Positions 8,534-19,068 of a stretch of 64,000 nucleotides of DNA are shown here, one piece after another. Position 1 is the first letter of the stretch; every line of letters begins with the position of its first letter. The stretch comes from Vulcanimicrobiales bacterium (GTDB lineage Bacteria; Vulcanimicrobiota; Vulcanimicrobiia; Vulcanimicrobiales; Vulcanimicrobiaceae), in the NCBI GenBank assembly GCA_038215615.1, contig JBBQQR010000011.1:1-64000 (forward strand), in the 5' to 3' direction. The notes under the pieces are model-generated. The model was not told the origin of the DNA. It searched no databases and was given only the letters and a program-made list of their open reading frames with translations. The position numbers and the translations under genes are program-made.

Positions 8534-9217
8534 TTACGAGAGCGTGTTTTTCCAAAAGCGCACGGTCCGCTCCCAAGCTACACGCGCGGCTGCCGCGTCA
8601 TGGTGGCCGAGTCCGGCGCTTCCCACCGGATTCGGGTTTGCAAAGGCGTGTTTGGCGTCGTACCAAAAAAGTTCGTAAGGGACTTTGCCTGCTTTGAGCC
8701 GTTCCTCAATCTTCTCGACGCCGGCCGGCGAAAAGAAGTCGTCGTGCTTGGCAAAGTGGCATTGAATGGGAATTGCGATAGTCGCCGGGTCACCTGCCTC
8801 CGGCGGCGGAAAACCGTAGAAAACAACGGCGGCGTCGGCTTCTTTCGCGTGCATTGCGGTGAGCAGCGCGAGCGCTCCACCCATGCAGTAACCCGTCACG
8901 CCGACTTTCGTGCCGGCTTCCTTTAAATATGCGATCGCGCCGCAAACGTCTTGGGTTGCCGCGTCGGAGAAATCCAACCCTTGCATTAAGTGGTTGGCCT
9001 CGTCGCCGGTTGCGGCCGTGCGACCGCGAAAGTGATCGGGAAGAAGCACGCGGTAGCCGAGTTGCGCGTAGCGGTCGGCGATCGCCATCATGTCCGGGGT
9101 AACGCCCCACCATTCTTCGATCAGCACGATTCCGGGCGCGTTCTCTTTTGCGGGGGCAACGTAGTACGCGGGCGTTGTCTTCCCGTCAGGGCGCGAGTAC
9201 TCGATCCATTCGCCCAT
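8534..9217 (-). CDS. Dienelactone hydrolase family protein
   Basis: EEWWG, GYCMGG nucleophile, HAFAN. Confidence 0.92.
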   Translation of the reverse strand: MGEWIEYSRPDGKTTPAYYVAPAKENAPGIVLIEEWWGVTPDMMAIADRYAQLGYRVLLPDHFRGRTAATGDEANHLMQGLDFSDAATQDVCGAIAYLKEAGTKVGVTGYCMGGALALLTAMHAKEADAAVVFYGFPPPEAGDPATIAIPIQCHFAKHDDFFSPAGVEKIEERLKAGKVPYELFWYDAKHAFANPNPVGSAGLGHHDAAAARVAWERTVRFWKNTLS

Positions 9218-9235
9218 TGCTATCCTCCATAGATC

Positions 9236-9580
9236 TCAAGCGCCTTCCTCGGAGTCTTGCCGATCGAGGTTGGCTTTCTTTTCGACGAGCAGCCAGCGGT
9301 TGGCATCACCGATGCGCTCGGAAGTCGCGCGCTTCACGAGCCATTCCCCTATTGCTTGATCGGTTGTGTGAGATGCGATCGCTTCGTCGAACTCGTCGGG
9401 GCTTATTCCCCAGCGCTCCATGACCCCTTTGTCCATCGGGCAAGGATAGATATAATCGAAAATCGTGCCCGCTGCTGCGGCCCGCGCCTTGTCAAAAAGG
9501 CGCGCCAGCCAGAGCGCATCGCCCATCGGTTCGCGCCCGCGCCGCGGAAAGGTCTTGCCGTCTCTGAAGTCCGTAGCCAT
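9236..9580 (-). CDS. DUF5069-like protein
   Basis: PRRGRE..LWLARLFDKARA..GTIFDYIYPCPMD. Confidence 0.75.
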   Translation of the reverse strand: MATDFRDGKTFPRRGREPMGDALWLARLFDKARAAAAGTIFDYIYPCPMDKGVMERWGISPDEFDEAIASHTTDQAIGEWLVKRATSERIGDANRWLLVEKKANLDRQDSEEGA

Positions 9581-9646
9581 GAAGGTTGTAACCTTAGGCG
9601 GGCGCGCCGGGATGCAATCGGGCGGTTCCCTTAGAAATGCAGTTTC

Positions 9647-10318
9647 TTGATCGCTGCATTTAAGGAAGAGCCCCGCTGGCACGCCGCTCTTGCCGTCGTC
9701 GCTATTCTGCTGCTCTACGTTACGCTGCCGCCCCGCATTATCGTGGGGCCGCTCTGGCTGTTGCCGCTGCTCGTGCTGGGCATCCTGGTTCCCCTGCTAA
9801 TCCTTTCGCCGCACCGCCGCCGCGAAGCGGAGTGGCAGCGCGCAGCCTCGGTGGCGCACATCGCTATTCTCGGCGTCTTTAACGTTGCGACAATCGTGCT
9901 TTTCCTGGTGCAGCAGCTCTCGGCGCACCACCACCGAGTATTCACGGGTCAGGAGCTCTTGCTCGCTGCCGTACAGATCTGGCTGACGAATATCTTGGTT
10001 TACGCTCTCTGGTTTTGGGAGGTCGACGGCGGCGGCCCGTCGGCCCGGTGTGCGGTGGACTTCGTGCAGAACCCGCAGCTTGGTGACTTCATGTTTTCGC
10101 AGAGCCTGCTCTCTCCCGAACTGCGCGCCAAATCAAACTGGCGCCCGCGTTTTCTAGACTATCTATTTTTGGCGTTCACGAACGCCACCGCATTCAGCCC
10201 GACCGACACGTTTCCGCTGACGCCCCTTGGAAAAACGCTGATGATGGCCGAAGCGTTAACATCACTGGTGACGATCGCCATCGTCGCAGGGCGCGCGGTC
10301 AATCTCCTGGGCAGTTAG
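9647..10318 (+). CDS. DUF1345-like membrane protein
   Basis: EPRW, WLTNILVYALWFWEVDGGGP, FLDYLFLAFTNATAFSPTDTFPL. Confidence 0.8.
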   Translation: MIAAFKEEPRWHAALAVVAILLLYVTLPPRIIVGPLWLLPLLVLGILVPLLILSPHRRREAEWQRAASVAHIAILGVFNVATIVLFLVQQLSAHHHRVFTGQELLLAAVQIWLTNILVYALWFWEVDGGGPSARCAVDFVQNPQLGDFMFSQSLLSPELRAKSNWRPRFLDYLFLAFTNATAFSPTDTFPLTPLGKTLMMAEALTSLVTIAIVAGRAVNLLGS

Positions 10319-11106
10319 CGGGAAAAACCAATGTGATGCAGCGCGTCGTACACTCGCGCGTAGGCATCCGGGTGAATCGCAATGTCGCCCCGGAACGGAT
10401 AATCGAGTTCCGCGATCAGCACGAAGATGAGGGTAATCACCGCGGTTAGCGCGGCAACCATGATGTGCTGCGCGATCGGCTGCTGCACCTTAAAATAAAA
10501 CGAGAAAAAAATCGTCACGGCTCCCACTGCGAGCATGGTTGCCCAAAGAACGTTCGGGATGCCGGTCGCGTTGTCGCGCATGCGTTGCCGGCGCGCGTCC
10601 AAGAACTGTGATGCATACGTTATGGCCTGTGACTGCACGAGCGACGCTTGTTCGCCGGAGGGTCTGAAATGTGTCACCAAGTCTTGGATTCGGTAAGCCG
10701 TTTGGTGTGCGCGCCAACTCTCGCCTCCGTGCACCAAAAGCGGCCATTCCTCGTTGAGCAGGAGACCGATATAGCTCCTGACTCCGCTTTGAATCTGGCC
10801 GCGCGCAGGTTGCGGCAGCGCGTCGACGAGATGGTAGAGATCGGAAAGTGCACTGGCTTCGGTTTGCGCGTTCTGGCCGGCGGCATCGTACTGTTGCCAG
10901 ACGCCCGCAACCATGAACGACATCATGACCGCGAGTACCGTCCCGAGCATTTGCAAGATCGCCGAGGCGACGTCGTTGTGCGTGATGAGATCGTTGCGGG
11001 TCAAGCGGTCTCGGGTCAAGTAAAGGGCGATTCCCGTGATCGAGCAGGCTAGAATAACCGCTAGCGGCATCAAGATCCACGCGGGCAAAGCATAGACCCA
11101 TGTCAT
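10315..11106 (-). CDS. DUF4239 (bestrophin-like) membrane protein, paralog 1
   Basis: HNDVA, EASAL, EEWP, LDARRQR, LDYPFRG. Confidence 0.8.
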   Translation of the reverse strand: MTWVYALPAWILMPLAVILACSITGIALYLTRDRLTRNDLITHNDVASAILQMLGTVLAVMMSFMVAGVWQQYDAAGQNAQTEASALSDLYHLVDALPQPARGQIQSGVRSYIGLLLNEEWPLLVHGGESWRAHQTAYRIQDLVTHFRPSGEQASLVQSQAITYASQFLDARRQRMRDNATGIPNVLWATMLAVGAVTIFFSFYFKVQQPIAQHIMVAALTAVITLIFVLIAELDYPFRGDIAIHPDAYARVYDALHHIGFSR

Positions 11107-11108
11107 CA

Positions 11109-11900
11109 TCAGTAGCCGCCTTGCAAGTGATGGATGGAGTTCCAGGCGTGCTGGAAGGCGGCCGGCGAAACGGCAACATCACCGCGAAATGGGTAATCGA
11201 ATTCGGCGATCAACAGCATCACGATGACGATAACCGACGCAAGTGCTGCAACCATTACATGCTGTTCGAATGGATTCTCTACGCGAAAATAATAGGAAAA
11301 AACGATTACCGTGCAGGCCACGAAGACCAGTGCTCCCCAGAGGATCGACGGAATGCCGTCATCGTTTGCATGGAGGCGTTCGCGCCGGTCGTCCAGGAAA
11401 GCGTTGGCCGCATCGAGTGCATGCGACTGCACCATGATTTCTTCCGAAGAGGTAGGCTTCAAGCCCGTAATCGTGTCGAGCACCGAATATGCGGCGTCGT
11501 GAGCTGCTTGGCTATGACCGCCGGTGCGCATCAGCGGCCACTCTTGATGGATGACGATCTCGATGTACCGATCCACGCCGTCTTGGATTTTCGCTCGGGT
11601 CGGCTGCGGGAAAGCGCCGGCCAGGTGATGGAGGTCCGCGATAGCGCTGGCCTCGCGCTGGACTGTGTCCGACGCGAGCACGTACTGCGTCCAAACGTTG
11701 ATGAACATAAACGAGAGTCCCACGGCCAACACGGTCCCGATAATTCCGAAGATGGCGCCGGCGACATCGTTATGCGAGACAAGCTGCTTGCGCTTGATGG
11801 CCAGGCGGACCGCATGAAGGCCGACGGTCGCCACAATGCTGGCGGCGATAACGACGAGCGGAGCCAACACCCAAATCGGCAGCGCATATACCCACGTCAC
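11109..11900 (-). CDS. DUF4239 (bestrophin-like) membrane protein, paralog 2
   Basis: Same motifs; GTG start aligns with paralog 1 (TWVYALP). Confidence 0.8.
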   Translation of the reverse strand: MTWVYALPIWVLAPLVVIAASIVATVGLHAVRLAIKRKQLVSHNDVAGAIFGIIGTVLAVGLSFMFINVWTQYVLASDTVQREASAIADLHHLAGAFPQPTRAKIQDGVDRYIEIVIHQEWPLMRTGGHSQAAHDAAYSVLDTITGLKPTSSEEIMVQSHALDAANAFLDDRRERLHANDDGIPSILWGALVFVACTVIVFSYYFRVENPFEQHVMVAALASVIVIVMLLIAEFDYPFRGDVAVSPAAFQHAWNSIHHLQGGY

Positions 11901-11995
11901 GCGGTCTGCGTTCTCCGTTGCAACCTCGCACTCCGTCGCCGTATTGTAGGACGGGACCGGAGGTGGGAAGAACCGTGGCCGACGCCCAACCGCGA

Positions 11996-12066
11996 GCGGG
12001 TGTGATGTAATGGTAGCCTGTGACCTTCCCAAGGTCGACGCGCGGGTTCGATTCCCGCCACCCGCT
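11996..12066 (+). tRNA. tRNA-Gly(CCC)
   Basis: GCGGGTG/CACCCGC acceptor stem, GACC-TT-CCC-AA-GGTC, GGTTCGATTCC. Confidence 0.92.
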
Positions 12067-12073
12067 GTTTGGC

Positions 12074-12145
12074 GGCGACGTAGCCAAGTGGTAAGGCAGA
12101 GCTCTGCAAAAGCTCCACTCGGCAGTTCGAATCTGCCCGTCGCCT
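12074..12145 (+). tRNA. tRNA-Cys(GCA)
   Basis: GGCGACG/CGTCGCC acceptor stem, GAGCT-CT-GCA-AA-AGCTC, U discriminator. Confidence 0.95.
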
Positions 12146-12153
12146 AATCTTTC

Positions 12154-13089
12154 ATGATCGTCGTATTTGGCGCGGGCGCGATCGGCGGATTCATCGCCGG
12201 CGCGCTGGCGCGCTCGGGAGTCGAGGTCGGGGTCGTCGCCCGCGGGGCGCACCTAGCGGCGATCCGCAAAAATGGACTCCAGGTTGAAAGCGTCCTCGGT
12301 AACTTTGAAGCGCGCGTTCGGGCGGCTGCCGACCTGCGCGAGTTCGAAGATCCGCAATACGTCCTGCTGACGTTCAAGTCTCACCAATGGGGCGGCGTCT
12401 TGCCGCAATTCGATCAAGCCGTCCGCTCCGGCGCATCGTTCGTGACGCTCCAAAACGGCTTGCCCTTTTGGTATTCGCAAGACCGCGCGCTCGAAAGCGT
12501 CGATCCCGGTGGACGCATCCGCGCAGCGATCCCTTACCAACAGGTCATTGGCGGCGTCGTGCATACGTCCGGCATGCTACCTGCTCCCGGTCACGTGAAG
12601 CAGAGCGGCAACATGCTCTATCCAATCGGCGAGCTCGACGGTTCGGAGACACCGCGGATCGTGCGTCTTGCGAAAAGTTTCGAGGACGCCGGATTGCACG
12701 CGCCGGTCGAGCGCGACATCCGCCGGCTGGTGTGGCGCAAGTTGCTCGGCAATTTGGCGCTCAACCCAGTGAGCGCGCTGACGGGCGCTACGGTCCGGGC
12801 GATGCTGGACGATCCGCCGACGCGTGCGGTGCTGCGCGCGATTGTTGAAGAAGGGCTCGCGGTGGCCCGAGCTGCGGGAGTCGAGATTGACATGACGGCC
12901 GAAAAGCGCTTGGATATGGCGATGCACATCGCCGACGTCAAGACGTCGACCCTGCAAGATCTCGAGGCGGGAAAACCGCTGGAGCTCGAGCCGATTTGCG
13001 GAGCAGCCATCGAAATCGCGCGCCGATACGGCGTTCCCGTGCCGCATATCGAAACGGTGTACGCTCTTACGCAACTGCTCGCGCGATGA
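12154..13089 (+). CDS. panE: 2-dehydropantoate 2-reductase (ApbA/PanE family)
   Basis: GAGAIGG, TLQNG, WRKLLGN, STLQDLEAGKPLELE. Confidence 0.85.
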   Translation: MIVVFGAGAIGGFIAGALARSGVEVGVVARGAHLAAIRKNGLQVESVLGNFEARVRAAADLREFEDPQYVLLTFKSHQWGGVLPQFDQAVRSGASFVTLQNGLPFWYSQDRALESVDPGGRIRAAIPYQQVIGGVVHTSGMLPAPGHVKQSGNMLYPIGELDGSETPRIVRLAKSFEDAGLHAPVERDIRRLVWRKLLGNLALNPVSALTGATVRAMLDDPPTRAVLRAIVEEGLAVARAAGVEIDMTAEKRLDMAMHIADVKTSTLQDLEAGKPLELEPICGAAIEIARRYGVPVPHIETVYALTQLLAR

Positions 13090-15137
13090 AGATCGCGGAG
13101 CTCAGCGGCGTCGGGAAAGCCTCGGCCGGCAAGTTTGCCGAGCTCGGGATTCATACGCCGCTCGATCTGCTCAACGATTTTCCGTTTCGATACGACGACT
13201 TGCGGGAAGTGACGCCGGCCGTCCGGCTCGCGCAAGCACACGATGACAGCCTGGAAGAAAACGCGACCGGAACGATCGTTTGGGTGCGCGAACGGCGCGC
13301 GCGCCGGTTGGCGATCGTGGAAGCCGAACTCGCCGACGAGACAGGCACGTTCGTAGCGAAGTGGTTCGGGCGAAGCTACTTGATGGGTGCGCTGCGCAAG
13401 GGCATGCGCCTGTTCGTTCGCGGGCGGACGCAGCGTACGCTGACGGGGCCGGCCATGAACGTCGCGATCCACAGAGTTTTGGCGGAAGGCGAAACGTATC
13501 GCGGAGAGCTCGTGCCGGTTTATCCCGCCGGAAAAAACTTGACCTCGCGCAAAATCCGCCAAGTCGTGGCGCGCAACTTGCCGAAGCTGCTCGAGCTGGC
13601 CGGTAACGATCCGCTTCCCAAAACGATTCTTCGAACGCGCCATTTTCCGGAGCTGTGCGAAGCATACCGCGGCATGCATGCCCCGGGCTCTCCCGAAGAA
13701 GCGGCCAGCGCGCGCGAGCGTTTTATTTTTACGGAGTTTCTGGCGCTCGCGCTGGCGGCGCAGATGAAACGGCAGACGCGGTCGGCCGAGCGCAACGCGC
13801 ACGCGTTGCACGCATCTCCGGAGCTGCTCGACGAACTCCAGCGCGAGCTGCCGTTTTCCCTGACGGCAGCACAGCGGCGCGTCATCGGAGAGCTTTGGGA
13901 AGACATGGCGCGCGACACCGCGATGAACCGTATGCTGCAAGGCGATGTAGGCAGCGGCAAAACGCTCGTTGCGGCGGCGGCGATTCTCCTGGCAGCGCGC
14001 AGCGGCGTGCAATCCGCACTGATGGCGCCCACCGAGATCTTGGCCGCGCAGCATGCCGCCAAATTGTCTCCGCTTCTCTTGCCGTTCGGAATCGCCGTCG
14101 AAGCCGTCTTTGGCAGTCAGGGGGCGAAGGCACGCGCGACCGCGGTTGCACGGCTTGGCTCCGGCGAAGCAGCGGTAGCCGTCGGAACGCACGCCCTGCT
14201 CACCGAAGGCGTCGACTTCGCGCGGCTGGGGCTCGCGATCATCGACGAACAGCACCGGTTTGGCGTCGAACAGCGCGCGCGCTTACGATCTAAAGGAAGC
14301 GCGCCGCACACGCTGCACATGACCGCGACGCCTATTCCCCGCACGCTCGCACAGTCGATCTACGCGGACTTGGACGTCTCCGTCATCGACGAGCTGCCGC
14401 CGGGGCGATCGCCCATCGAAACGTACGTCCTGCGCCGCAGCCGCTTGGAACGGGCCTACGAGTTCGTGCGCAAGAACGTCGCGCTGGGCAGGCAGGCGTA
14501 CATCGTTGCGCCGGTGATCGACGAATCCGAACTTGAACTGACCAGCGTCGTTGCCGAATCCGAACGGCTGCAGAAAAGCATCTTTCCCGATCTAAAGCTC
14601 GGTCTGTTGCACGGCCGCATGCCCCCGCGCGAAAAGGAAGATGCCATGCAGCGGTTTGCCCGTAACGAGGTGCAGGTGCTCGTGGCGACAACCGTGGTAG
14701 AAGTCGGCGTCGACGTTCCAAATGCGAGCGTTATGGTAGTACTGGATGCGCAGCGCTACGGACTCTCGCAGCTTCATCAGCTGCGCGGACGGGTCGGACG
14801 CGGCGCGGCTCAGTCCTATTGCCTGCTGATCGCGTCCGACGAAGCAGAGGAGCTGGAACGCTTGCACATCCTGGCGGGCTCCAACGACGGATTCGCGATC
14901 GCCGAAGAAGATCTCCGGCTGCGCGGGCCGGGCGAGTTCGCGGGGACGGCGCAATCCGGGCTGGCGAGTTTTCGGGTCGCAGATTTGGTACGGGATATCG
15001 CCGTCTACCGCGACGCCAAGGCAGCGGCCGAAAGCATCGTCGCGGAAGATCCGCAGCTGCGCGCGGCCGGCCACGCCGGATTGCGCTCGCTGGTTGAAGG
15101 CGAACCGAGCGCTAGGGCCATGCTGCTCAGTTCTTGA
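13086..15137 (+). CDS. recG: ATP-dependent DNA helicase RecG
   Basis: LQGDVGSGKT, DEQHRFG, MTATPIPRTL, QLRGRVGRG, DLRLRGPGE. Confidence 0.97.
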   Translation: MKIAELSGVGKASAGKFAELGIHTPLDLLNDFPFRYDDLREVTPAVRLAQAHDDSLEENATGTIVWVRERRARRLAIVEAELADETGTFVAKWFGRSYLMGALRKGMRLFVRGRTQRTLTGPAMNVAIHRVLAEGETYRGELVPVYPAGKNLTSRKIRQVVARNLPKLLELAGNDPLPKTILRTRHFPELCEAYRGMHAPGSPEEAASARERFIFTEFLALALAAQMKRQTRSAERNAHALHASPELLDELQRELPFSLTAAQRRVIGELWEDMARDTAMNRMLQGDVGSGKTLVAAAAILLAARSGVQSALMAPTEILAAQHAAKLSPLLLPFGIAVEAVFGSQGAKARATAVARLGSGEAAVAVGTHALLTEGVDFARLGLAIIDEQHRFGVEQRARLRSKGSAPHTLHMTATPIPRTLAQSIYADLDVSVIDELPPGRSPIETYVLRRSRLERAYEFVRKNVALGRQAYIVAPVIDESELELTSVVAESERLQKSIFPDLKLGLLHGRMPPREKEDAMQRFARNEVQVLVATTVVEVGVDVPNASVMVVLDAQRYGLSQLHQLRGRVGRGAAQSYCLLIASDEAEELERLHILAGSNDGFAIAEEDLRLRGPGEFAGTAQSGLASFRVADLVRDIAVYRDAKAAAESIVAEDPQLRAAGHAGLRSLVEGEPSARAMLLSS

Positions 15138-15148
15138 ATCCGCCGGGC

Positions 15149-17815
15149 ATGAAAAGCTTCCGCCCCTCTTTCATGGCCATCGTTTGCGCGGCCGCCGCGC
15201 TTGCCTGTTTTATGCCGGGCCGCGCTGCATCGCTGAACGTCACTCGAGCGACGCTTTCCAACGGTTTGAAGGTCGTGGTCGTCACGGATCGGCTGGCTCC
15301 CGTCGTGACGACGATGCTGAATTATCGTGCCGGGTCCAACGATCAGACGATTGCCGGTCTGGCGCACGCTCTGGAACACATGATGTTCCGCGGAAGCAAA
15401 ACGCTTTCGTCATCGCAGTTCATGGATACCGTGGACATTACCGGTGGAGCTTTCAATGCCGATACGCAGAGTGCTATCACCCAATATTTTTTCAGCGTTC
15501 CGGCTCAATATTTGGACATAGCCTTGCGTCTCGAACGCTCTCGTGCCACCGGCGCACTTTTGTCTCAACAGCAGTGGAACGACGAACGCAAAGCGATCAC
15601 GCAAGAGGTCACGTCGGACAACAGCAACGCATTTTACCGGCTGCAAACGAAGATGCAGAACAAGCTTCTCGCTGGAACGCCCTATGCGAACAACGGGCTG
15701 GGGACGGTTTTCGATTTCGCGCACACGATCAACGCGCCGCAGCTTCAAGCCTATTATCAAAAATGGTATCATCCCAATAATGCAGTCTATGTGATCGTCG
15801 GCGATGTTGACGGCCCCGCGACCATCGCGCGCGTCAAGCAGCTTTTCGGTGACTGGCCGGCCGGCAAGCTGCCGGCACGGCAAACCGTGAAACCGCAGCC
15901 GCTGAAGACACATCTCTATCACGACTTTTCCGATCAGCCGTTTACCGCGGTGCTGCTCGGCTACCGGCTTCCCGGATTTGCCAGCAAAGATTTTGCCGCA
16001 GCCAACATTCTGTCCGACGTGCTGAGCAGTCAGCGCGGCGATCTCTTCGGCTTAACCGCGGCGGGCAAAGCGCTGGGGACCGGGTTCGTGCTGGAGGCGC
16101 CGTTTGCGCATCTTTCGGTGGGCTTGGCCTACATCGTAGTGCCCGTCACGAGCAAGCCCGAGGATGCCGACAAGCTGCTTCGCAGCGTGATCGAAAACTA
16201 CCGGAAGTGGGGCGTGCCGGCAGATTTGGTGCATGCCTCGATTCAACGCGAGATCGCGCAGCTGGAATACAACGCTACGTCAATCGAAGGTTTGGCAACT
16301 GAGTGGAGTGACGCCGTCGCCGTGCAAGGGCTGAACTCGCCGCAAGACACGATCGCTGCGTATAAACGAGTGACGGTCGCCGATGTGAACCGCGTGCTGC
16401 GCGCCGATTTTGGAGCCGACCAAGTGGTCGCCGCATATGCTGTTCCAAAGAACCTAGGTAAAGTCAGCGCGGCGGGCGGTTCGATGGCGAAAGAAAACAA
16501 TTCCATCCCGCCGAGTAAACATGAAGCGCTTCCCACATGGGCGCGCAGCGTTTTAGCGCACTTGCGCGTTCCCGCTCAAACACTGAATCCCGTGCAAAGC
16601 GTTTTACCTAACGGTTTGCGCATCATCGTGCAGCCCGAACACTCGACGCACACGGTCACGGTGACGGGCGAGATCGAAAATGACGAGCAAGTGCAAGCAC
16701 CGCCAGGCAAAGAAGGCGTTGGCTCGCTGACGGGAGATTTGTTCAACTACGGCACGAGTTCTGTAGACCGGCTGGCTTACCAACAAGCGCTCGATGCGAT
16801 CGCGGCCAACGAGTCCGGCGGGGCGTCGTTCAGCATCGAAGCCTTGAGTCCGAACTTCGAACGCGCGGCGCAGCTGCTGGCGGACAACCAGTTGCACCCT
16901 CGATTCGTGCCGCAATATTTCGCAATTGTCAAAGGCCAAGAAATCGGCGGACTCACCGGAGAAGCGACGTCGCCGGATCATATGGCGGCAGTCGCAACGG
17001 CGAAAGCATTATATCCGCTTGACGACCCGGCGCAGCGATTCGCGTCGGTCGCGTCGATGACCGGCGTGACGCTCGATGACGTCAAGCAGTATTATGCCAG
17101 CGCTTTCCGTCCGGACCTGACGACCATCGTAGTCGTGGGCGACGTTACGCCGGCGCGCGCGCAGCAAGTGATAACAAAGTATTTCGGAGGGTGGAGCGCG
17201 AGCGGACCGAAACCGCAGACCGAACCGCCGGCGGTTCCCCCAAATAAACCGAGCGCCGCAAACGTGCCGGCCACCGGGCGCGTCCAATCCACAGTAGAGC
17301 TGACGGAGACGACGGCCCTGATGCGTACCGGCGCGGATTGGCCCGCGCTGCAAGTCGCCAACACGATTCTGAGCGGCGGCTTTTACTCGTCGCTCCTTTA
17401 CCACGATTTGCGTGAAGTGCGAGGATACGTGTATTCTGTATCGAGCGCGCTGAGCACGGGGAAGACGCGGTCGACCTTTGGTATCAGTTACGGATCCGAT
17501 CCCGACAAAATCGTGCCCGCGCAACAGCTGGCCGTCGCGGATCTGAGGCGCATGCAGGCGCAGCCCGTGGCCACCGATCGTTTGCTCCGCGCGAAAGCGC
17601 AGCTGATGGGCGATATTCCGATCGCGCTGGGGAGCTACGAAGGCGTGGGCGCAATCTTGCACCGGTATGCATCGTTCGGTTTACCGCTGAATCAAAACCT
17701 GATCGACGCGCGGCGCGAACTCGGAGTTACCCCCGCGCAAATCTCGGCAGCCATGCGAAGATGGATACGGCCGGGCGACTTCGTGCGCATAGTCACGGGC
17801 CCCAGCCCGAAATAA
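15149..17815 (+). CDS. Secreted M16 zinc peptidase (PqqL-like, two fused halves)
   Basis: Signal peptide; HALEH (HxxEH); YHPNNA; second half lacks the zinc motif. Confidence 0.9.
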   Translation: MKSFRPSFMAIVCAAAALACFMPGRAASLNVTRATLSNGLKVVVVTDRLAPVVTTMLNYRAGSNDQTIAGLAHALEHMMFRGSKTLSSSQFMDTVDITGGAFNADTQSAITQYFFSVPAQYLDIALRLERSRATGALLSQQQWNDERKAITQEVTSDNSNAFYRLQTKMQNKLLAGTPYANNGLGTVFDFAHTINAPQLQAYYQKWYHPNNAVYVIVGDVDGPATIARVKQLFGDWPAGKLPARQTVKPQPLKTHLYHDFSDQPFTAVLLGYRLPGFASKDFAAANILSDVLSSQRGDLFGLTAAGKALGTGFVLEAPFAHLSVGLAYIVVPVTSKPEDADKLLRSVIENYRKWGVPADLVHASIQREIAQLEYNATSIEGLATEWSDAVAVQGLNSPQDTIAAYKRVTVADVNRVLRADFGADQVVAAYAVPKNLGKVSAAGGSMAKENNSIPPSKHEALPTWARSVLAHLRVPAQTLNPVQSVLPNGLRIIVQPEHSTHTVTVTGEIENDEQVQAPPGKEGVGSLTGDLFNYGTSSVDRLAYQQALDAIAANESGGASFSIEALSPNFERAAQLLADNQLHPRFVPQYFAIVKGQEIGGLTGEATSPDHMAAVATAKALYPLDDPAQRFASVASMTGVTLDDVKQYYASAFRPDLTTIVVVGDVTPARAQQVITKYFGGWSASGPKPQTEPPAVPPNKPSAANVPATGRVQSTVELTETTALMRTGADWPALQVANTILSGGFYSSLLYHDLREVRGYVYSVSSALSTGKTRSTFGISYGSDPDKIVPAQQLAVADLRRMQAQPVATDRLLRAKAQLMGDIPIALGSYEGVGAILHRYASFGLPLNQNLIDARRELGVTPAQISAAMRRWIRPGDFVRIVTGPSPK

Positions 17816-17832
17816 ACACGCCGCCCTTCCCA

Positions 17833-18510
17833 GTGCGCTTTACCGCGTTGGGGTTTGATATCGATCACACGCTAGGGATCGATAACAAGTTGGAGCGTGT
17901 CGCGTTCCTCCGGCTGCTCGATGCGATTTGCGCCGACGGCGGAACGTGCCTGGGCACGCTGGCCCAGGAGAGCGCGCGGATCGACGAGGTCCTCGAACGT
18001 CAGCGTGCCGGATCTTTCTCAATCGACCAAGCGGTGGAACAATTTGCCGCCGAGCGCGGAGCGAGGAAAGCAGTAGCGTATGTCGATCGCTACAAACAGA
18101 TGGCACTCGACAGCGTGCCAGAATTTTTCGTCGCTGTTCCGGATGCGCGCGCGGTGCTCGGCGAATTGCAGCAGCGCGGAATCGCGTGCGCTATTTTGAG
18201 CAACGGCTGGTCACCGCTGCAGCAAGAGAAGGCGCGCCTGCTGGATTTTACCGGCCCGGTTTTGGTGAGCGATGCAGTGGGCGCGCAGAAGCCACAGCCG
18301 GCGGCATTCGCCGCGTTAGCGTTTGCGCTCAAAGCCGATCCGCGCGATGTAGCCTATGTAGGAGACAACCCGCGCGTCGATGTTGCCGCCGCAATGAGCG
18401 CGGGGATGCGCGGAATCTGGCTCGATGCCGAGAGCGTGCCGTACGCGCCCGAACTGCCCAATCCGAGCGCAGTTATCCACAGGCTCGCGGAACTGCTTGC
18501 GCTGCTGTAG
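17833..18510 (+). CDS. HAD-superfamily hydrolase (start may be ATA 17812)
   Basis: FDIDHTL, LSNG, KP, YVGDN..VD. Confidence 0.88.
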   Translation: MRFTALGFDIDHTLGIDNKLERVAFLRLLDAICADGGTCLGTLAQESARIDEVLERQRAGSFSIDQAVEQFAAERGARKAVAYVDRYKQMALDSVPEFFVAVPDARAVLGELQQRGIACAILSNGWSPLQQEKARLLDFTGPVLVSDAVGAQKPQPAAFAALAFALKADPRDVAYVGDNPRVDVAAAMSAGMRGIWLDAESVPYAPELPNPSAVIHRLAELLALL

Positions 18511-18522
18511 AAAGACGCGAGC

Positions 18523-19068
18523 GTGCCGAAAATCACCGGCGGAAACTTGGGCAGCCGCAGACTCGGCTCGCCCAAAGGAGTCAACGTCAGGCCGACGCCG
18601 GGCCGCGTAAAAGAGTCGCTGTTTTCGATTTTGCAGACGCGAATCGAAGGTTCGCGTTTTCTCGACCTGTTCGCCGGCACCGGCGCGATCGGGTTTGAAG
18701 CAGCGTCGCGCGGCGCCGCCTCGGTGGTGTGCGTCGAAGGCCACCGTGAAACGGCCGAAACGATTGAGGAAGCCGCACGCGAGATGGGCGTTGAGGGCGT
18801 CGTGACGGTCGTAGGGGCGCCGGTCGACCGCGCGCTATATCGCCTCGAGCCCGCTTTCGATCTGGTCTACGCCGATCCGCCGTACGCCGGCGAGATTCCG
18901 ATGCAGATGTTCAAACTTCTGATCGAACGCAAGTTGCTCGCGTCCGACGCGTTCGTCATTTACGAGCATAGCGCGCGAATGATTCTTCCCGAGATACCGG
19001 GGTACCGCAGCGTCCGGGAAGAAGTGTACGGCGATGTCGCCCTGGCTTTCTTCGAGCCGGTAGCATGA
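18523..19068 (+). CDS. rsmD: 16S rRNA m2G966 methyltransferase
   Basis: VRPT..RVKESLF, LDLFAGTGAIG, DPPY; upstream of coaD. Confidence 0.92.
   Translation: MPKITGGNLGSRRLGSPKGVNVRPTPGRVKESLFSILQTRIEGSRFLDLFAGTGAIGFEAASRGAASVVCVEGHRETAETIEEAAREMGVEGVVTVVGAPVDRALYRLEPAFDLVYADPPYAGEIPMQMFKLLIERKLLASDAFVIYEHSARMILPEIPGYRSVREEVYGDVALAFFEPVA

Noticed and set aside
1936..12145. Prophage or integrative island at the tRNA genes
   Set aside because: No integrase, phage structural genes or direct repeat of a tRNA 3' end seen
12618..14255. 545-aa minus-strand ORF and other long overlapping ORFs
   Set aside because: Antisense or shadow frames of panE/recG and other genes, expected at high GC
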